From positions 1 through 47,631 of the IMG/VR virus record IMGVR_UViG_3300031949_000064: 47,631 nucleotides of DNA; one strand, 5' to 3'. The stretch is from a virus (taxonomy: Duplodnaviria > Caudoviricetes). A program made the position numbers and the translations under genes. Shown here in pieces: positions 47,296 through 47,631 of this stretch. The number at the start of each line of letters is the position of its first letter. Positions within the stretch are counted from its first letter, which is position 1. A model generated the notes under the pieces. That model saw only the letters and a list, made by a program, of their open reading frames with translations. It ran no database searches and had not been told where the DNA came from.

Positions 47296-47631
47296 GTTCC
47301 TACATATTCCAGTAGGAGTGTCGTCGCTTGCACGCCTCCGCTCTCGCCGACAACAGTATAATTGTCGCCGTCAGTGGAGTTCTGCGTTGTGCGGACCTCG
47401 ATATATTGGCCGGACGTCATCTGCACGAGCTGTGTATGTGAGAACCCGCGCCGTACGGTACCGGTGTGCACCAGCCCAGCCCCTTGTTGCCAGAGCGTCG
47501 AGAAGAATGTCGTGCCACTGTTTCGAAGGACCATGCCAAGGCTATCCTGCTCATCGGTAGCAGACGTTGCATTGAGTTCGAGGTAAGCGGAAACCCGGTA
47601 CACGCCATCCACAGCCGCAAATGGCCGATTA
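47292..47631 (-). CDS. C1q-like C-terminal part of a tail fibre gene (enters from right end)
   Basis: Frame open to the window end: NRPFAAVDGVYRVSA...GQYIEV. Confidence 0.65.
   Translation of the reverse strand, partial: NRPFAAVDGVYRVSAYLELNATSATDEQDSLGMVLRNSGTTFFSTLWQQGAGLVHTGTVRRGFSHTQLVQMTSGQYIEVRTTQNSTDGDNYTVVGESGGVQATTLLLEYVGT

Overview
A near-complete, GC-rich tailed (siphovirus-type) actinobacterial phage genome, almost all on the minus strand, with its ends falling inside one gene. In transcription order it carries a replication module (SNF2 helicase, primase-DUF927 helicase, iteron-like repeats, VRR-NUC), small early genes, terminase, portal, protease, two capsid proteins resembling the cluster-B hexamer/pentamer pair, decoration/fibre genes, two major-tail paralogs, a frameshifted tail chaperone, tape measure and tail-tip genes. 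A short plus-strand block encodes a DNA methyltransferase and a dATP/dGTP diphosphohydrolase. I recognise no integrase, repressor or DNA polymerase. The standout is a TIGR-Tas-like RNA-guided locus at 31597-32646. Seven stem-closed units (CCA-9 nt-CGAANNCCA-9 nt-CG) lie directly upstream of, and in frame with, a nuclease-less Nop/IS110-C-terminal-like protein (TasA-like). All family calls come from reading motifs by eye; no searches were run.
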